Shown here: in pieces, positions 60,250 through 64,000 of the stretch
Numbering within the stretch: the stretch's first letter is position 1
How the letters are laid out: every line of letters starts with the position of its first letter
DNA from: Octopus bimaculoides
Taxonomy: Eukaryota
Direction: 5' to 3'
NCBI RefSeq assembly: GCF_001194135.2
Contig: NC_068981.1
Span: 105,233,787 to 105,297,786 of the forward strand
Length of the DNA stretch: 64,000 bases
Position numbers and translations under genes: made by a program
The notes under the pieces: generated by a model
Databases searched by the model: none
What the model was told of the DNA's origin: nothing
What the model saw: the letters and a program-made list of their open reading frames with translations, nothing else

Positions 60250-61750
60250 TGGGTAATGAGAAAAAGAGAAATGATCGAATCAGGATTGTCTGAGCAGTTG
60301 TTGTTCTAGATCAACCAATTTCAAGTACTAGAGACTGTTGTAGTAGTGATATAAAGATAGAGAGATGACACTGTATCTGTGGGAAGGATATTAGAGAGTG
60401 CTGAGAAGTAATTTCATGCCAGTCAGATAGGTGACCTCTTCTTTGATGCAATCTAGAATATCTGTGTGAGTAGAGGCAGTACTGTCCTAGATGTAAGATT
60501 AGTATTCTGCTGTGGGCCCTTCACCTGAGCTTTGTCCATTTTCTGGTCCTGAAGAATAAAGCTAGTCTTTGTGATGCAGTTTTTGTGATATGAAGGATGT
60601 GTGTTTGCCAGGAGAGATCTTCAGTGAACTGAGGATTCTATTTGAGTACTGTTCATGCTTCGGGGTAGGATATAATACTGTATTCTTAACATGTAATTGT
60701 TATGCCATTGTGCTATTGAAGGAGATAAAATTGGCATAATTCTATTGGAGGATGTTTTCAAAGTTTTTGCTCATGGAATCAGTGCAGGTTTGAAGCAAAG
60801 TATGTGCATCACATTTGTATGAGGATGTTTAGAGAGGGTAGAAGGGCAGTATCATCCACATAAGAATGGCCATTATTGGAGGTAACAGCAAGTAGGACAT
60901 TGAGCTACAGGAGAAAAAATTTAAGACCAGCACCAAACTTTTTGGCACATCAGAATCAATAGAGCGTAAGAGGAAGCTCCTTCAGTGCATGTCTCAATAG
61001 TGCAATTTGACAAAAGTTACACATCCAAAAGATGCAAGCTATATGCAGAGAGGCAGAAAAGGTCTACTTACTAAGAGATTTGTGCATTAGACATGGTCAG
61101 ATACCTTGCTGATGTTGGGCACAACAACACCGTTTTCACCAGATTTCTCATGATCAAGGAATTACTGTTATATAACAGAAAAGGGTCTCTTTTGATGTAG
61201 TTTTATGGAGGTTGTACCTGTGGTTATTTAGTGGATAGAGAAACTGAAGTTGTTGGAGAATAAAGTTGTAAATAGCTGCTGCCATTATCTTACAAATGTT
61301 GGAAGTGAGATAGGACAATAGTTGGCAGGGTTAGAGAGGTTGCTCTTTTTACAAAATGTAGTATGTTTCCAAACATCAAAACATATTTCTGGGAAAAGAG
61401 AGTGAGAGAGAGAGAGATTAAAGAGTATAGTGAAAATGAGAGCTGGTCTGGGTTCATTGTTTAAGCAGAATAGAATGTACATCATCAAAGATGGTGGTTT
61501 TGTTGCTTTGATGTGACCAGATGTAAATTTACAAAATAGCATTTATGCATGCATGGATGAGTCTGGAAATTGGAAAGGAATAATGTTTTAAATTTACTAA
61601 GTGGAGCGTGTGCAGTGTGGAGTTGGATGCAAAGCTGTGAATTAATATGGAGGGATTTTTTTCCATTGGAGTCCTGCTAACAGAGACATTATGATTGAGA
61701 AATGAAGGAAAGGAGAATTCCACAAAATTATTAGAGATTCTTTTGTTAAA
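60250..61750 (-). mobile_element. CR1/L2-like LINE RT remnant
   Basis: KKSNLSNPANYCPISL; GENGVVVPNISKVSDHV resembles ES.VVALDISKAFDRV. Heavily decayed. Confidence 0.55.
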
Positions 61751-62904
61751 AACCAGAAGGACTGGCTGTAGTTTGGTAAATAGGAAATTTTTTTTAGCTG
61801 TACAATACTTAGAGAAGTCCTACACATTTTGGATGGTGGTCTTGCAAGAATTGCAGGGTTGGTCATTCAGTTTACAATTTTTTGTTATGTACCAACTTAT
61901 ATACCTAATTAATGTGTTACCACATTGCCATTCATACACAAATGATTGTTTGTTGTGTTCTTCGGGTTTTTTTTTGTTCTTTTTTGCCTAACTAATTGTC
62001 ATCATAATTACCATGTATTTCATTTAATATACCCTGTTGTCATGTGTTTGTTCATTACATATCTTTTGTTTGTAGCATATTGTACCTGATCGTGAAACAC
62101 CTTGTTACCAAGGTCCTTGGTAAGAAGCTATATGCTTTATTGTTTGCAATATAGCTGCTCAGGTTGCCTGTTGCAGAGCTTCTTATGTTACCTCATTGTA
62201 TGTGGTACAGCAGCTGATTAAATATCTGATGGTCTGTGGTGTAGCTAATTATGTATCTGATTATGTGTTGCATAGCTTATCCTATTTGATTGTCCATGAT
62301 ATAGCTGTATAGGTACCCGACTGGCTGCTGTACAGCTTCTTATATTTCCAGATTGTTGGATATCTAACTGTCTGTTGTATAGCTTGTGTGTTTGTGTGTT
62401 ACTTGTTGCATGTCATATAGCTGGTTAGGCTCTTGATTGTCCATTGTATTGAATAGTTGCTTATGTCTGATCGTTAACATTTCCATTCCAGAATTTTTAA
62501 TTCCTTTCCCTCACTTTATAACATCAGTACTATAATAATAATAATATCAAGTGTGTTGCATACAGTGCTCAAATATAGTACAACTCCTCAGAAAAGATGA
62601 AATGGGGAGACCAACTGCAATAGTAAAACATGTAAATAAAGGAAGACAATAATGAAAGATACATACAAAGTACTCAGAATATAACAACACAAACGAAAAA
62701 CTAGGATCACAAAAGAGCCTCAAAGAAGAAAAGAATACTTAGGTAGGTCAAGAGTAGAATGAATAGTTAACAGATTAGGGAAGTATTAAATTTTTGAAGG
62801 ACACATTGCCCTATCAGTTAATGACTGATGTGGGTATCTCATTCTTTGTTCCAACAAATCTGAGTGTAAAGCGCTGGGTGCTGCGTTGTTTAATATTTTA
62901 AGCT

Positions 62905-63125
62905 CTTACTTGTTTTAGTCATTAGACTGCAACCATGCTGGGACACCACCTTCAAGAAGTTTAGTCAAATGAACCAACCCCAGTACTTACTTTTTTTTAA
63001 GTTTGTTACTTATTCTATTGGTCTATTTTACCAAGCTGCTAAGTTACAGGGATGTAAACACACAGACGCCAGCTGCCAAGCAGTGATGGCAGCAAACACA
63101 GACACACACACACACACACACACGT

Positions 63126-63173
<48 letters not shown>

Positions 63174-63300
63174 GATGGGCTTCTTTCCTGTTTTGTCTAC
63201 CAAACCCACTCACAAGGCTATAGTAGAAGACACTTGCCCAAGGCGATATGCAGCGGAACTGAACCCAGAACCATATGGCTATGAAGCAAACTTTTTACTA
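62905..63300 (-). mobile_element. SINE family A copy with (CA)n
   Basis: ttacttgttttagtcattagactgc...gctatagtagaagacacttgccca. Confidence 0.8.
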
Positions 63301-64000
63301 CACACGTTTCTAGATTTTATAAGCATGGCCATTAGTGGTAGAGACATTGAATTCAAAAAGGTCATCAAAGTTATTGGAGTGGAGATGGTGGCTAATCTTG
63401 TGGGCCTTTACCAAGTCAGCTGCTACATATCAAAATTTCAATGTCTCACTTCCTATATATAAGTGAATGAAAGAGATCATTTGTCTAGTTACATGTCTCT
63501 AGGCAGTTTTCCGCAGATCAATCTTCAAGACAAGATGTGGGTTCCAAAATGGAGATGCAAACAGCTGACAGAAGTCATAGTGAGTTACATCAGAATACCA
63601 TTGGGCATTATTATCCTTCCAGGGACAATCAAATAAAACACCAGTCATACACTGCATTTGATGGTATCAACTAACGCCTCCCTAAAACTGCTGGTCTTCT
63701 ACTTAAATCATAAACCATTATTATTGTTATTATTATTATTATTATTGTTCAGTAGTTTTATTTTTATAACGTGCTTTCACTTCACTACCGAGTACAGCTC
63801 TGTGTGCCTTGGGTATGTGCTGTGGTTTGCTGTGATGCTCTTATGGTTACTGTATTGAAAGTGTTTTGCGTAGGATGTGTGCAGTGCCCAGTAGTGCAAT
63901 TTTCTGTATGTTATATATATTTGTAAGTCCTGGTGTTTTTGTTATGTATTTGTCTGAATATTTTATTATTATTATTATTATTATTATTATCATTGTCATT

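Noticed and set aside
62075-62119. Possible exon HIVPDRETPCYQGP bounded by tttgtag and gtaaga
   Set aside because: In the phase-1 frame needed after exon 10 it has a stop, and the expected intervening exon was not found. It also abuts the cryptic repeat.

Overview
AT-rich, repeat-dense animal genomic DNA with eight N gaps. The SINE families and microsatellite load look like octopus or another cephalopod; this is inferred from repeat style and not checked against a database. I reconstructed two spliced genes by hand from splice signals and phase continuity. (1) A plus-strand APC-superfamily amino-acid permease (AAAP/HAAAP-like, TM1 motif ILGTGILGLP) with 10 coding exons from 2932 to 59327 (251 codons); it continues beyond the window. 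(2) A divergently oriented minus-strand gene (ATG at 2133) of uncertain identity that exits the left edge. The introns hold decayed mobile elements: tRNA-derived SINEs, Tigger/pogo, mariner, hAT, a TIR/TSD-complete Chapaev3 copy, a Helitron end, a Helentron-like element, CR1-, RTE-, R4/Dong- and Tx1-like LINEs, Penelope-like elements and a solo LTR. The most notable items beyond standard annotation are several hammerhead-ribozyme motifs (one near-canonical, one at the 3' end of a Penelope element), a Penelope GIY-YIG domain split by a ~110-aa N/S-rich insert, and a ~1.1-kb inversion that splits a Tx1-like ORF1. No CRISPR array, rRNA gene or convincing tRNA gene was seen. I found no evidence of a wholly new multi-gene system.
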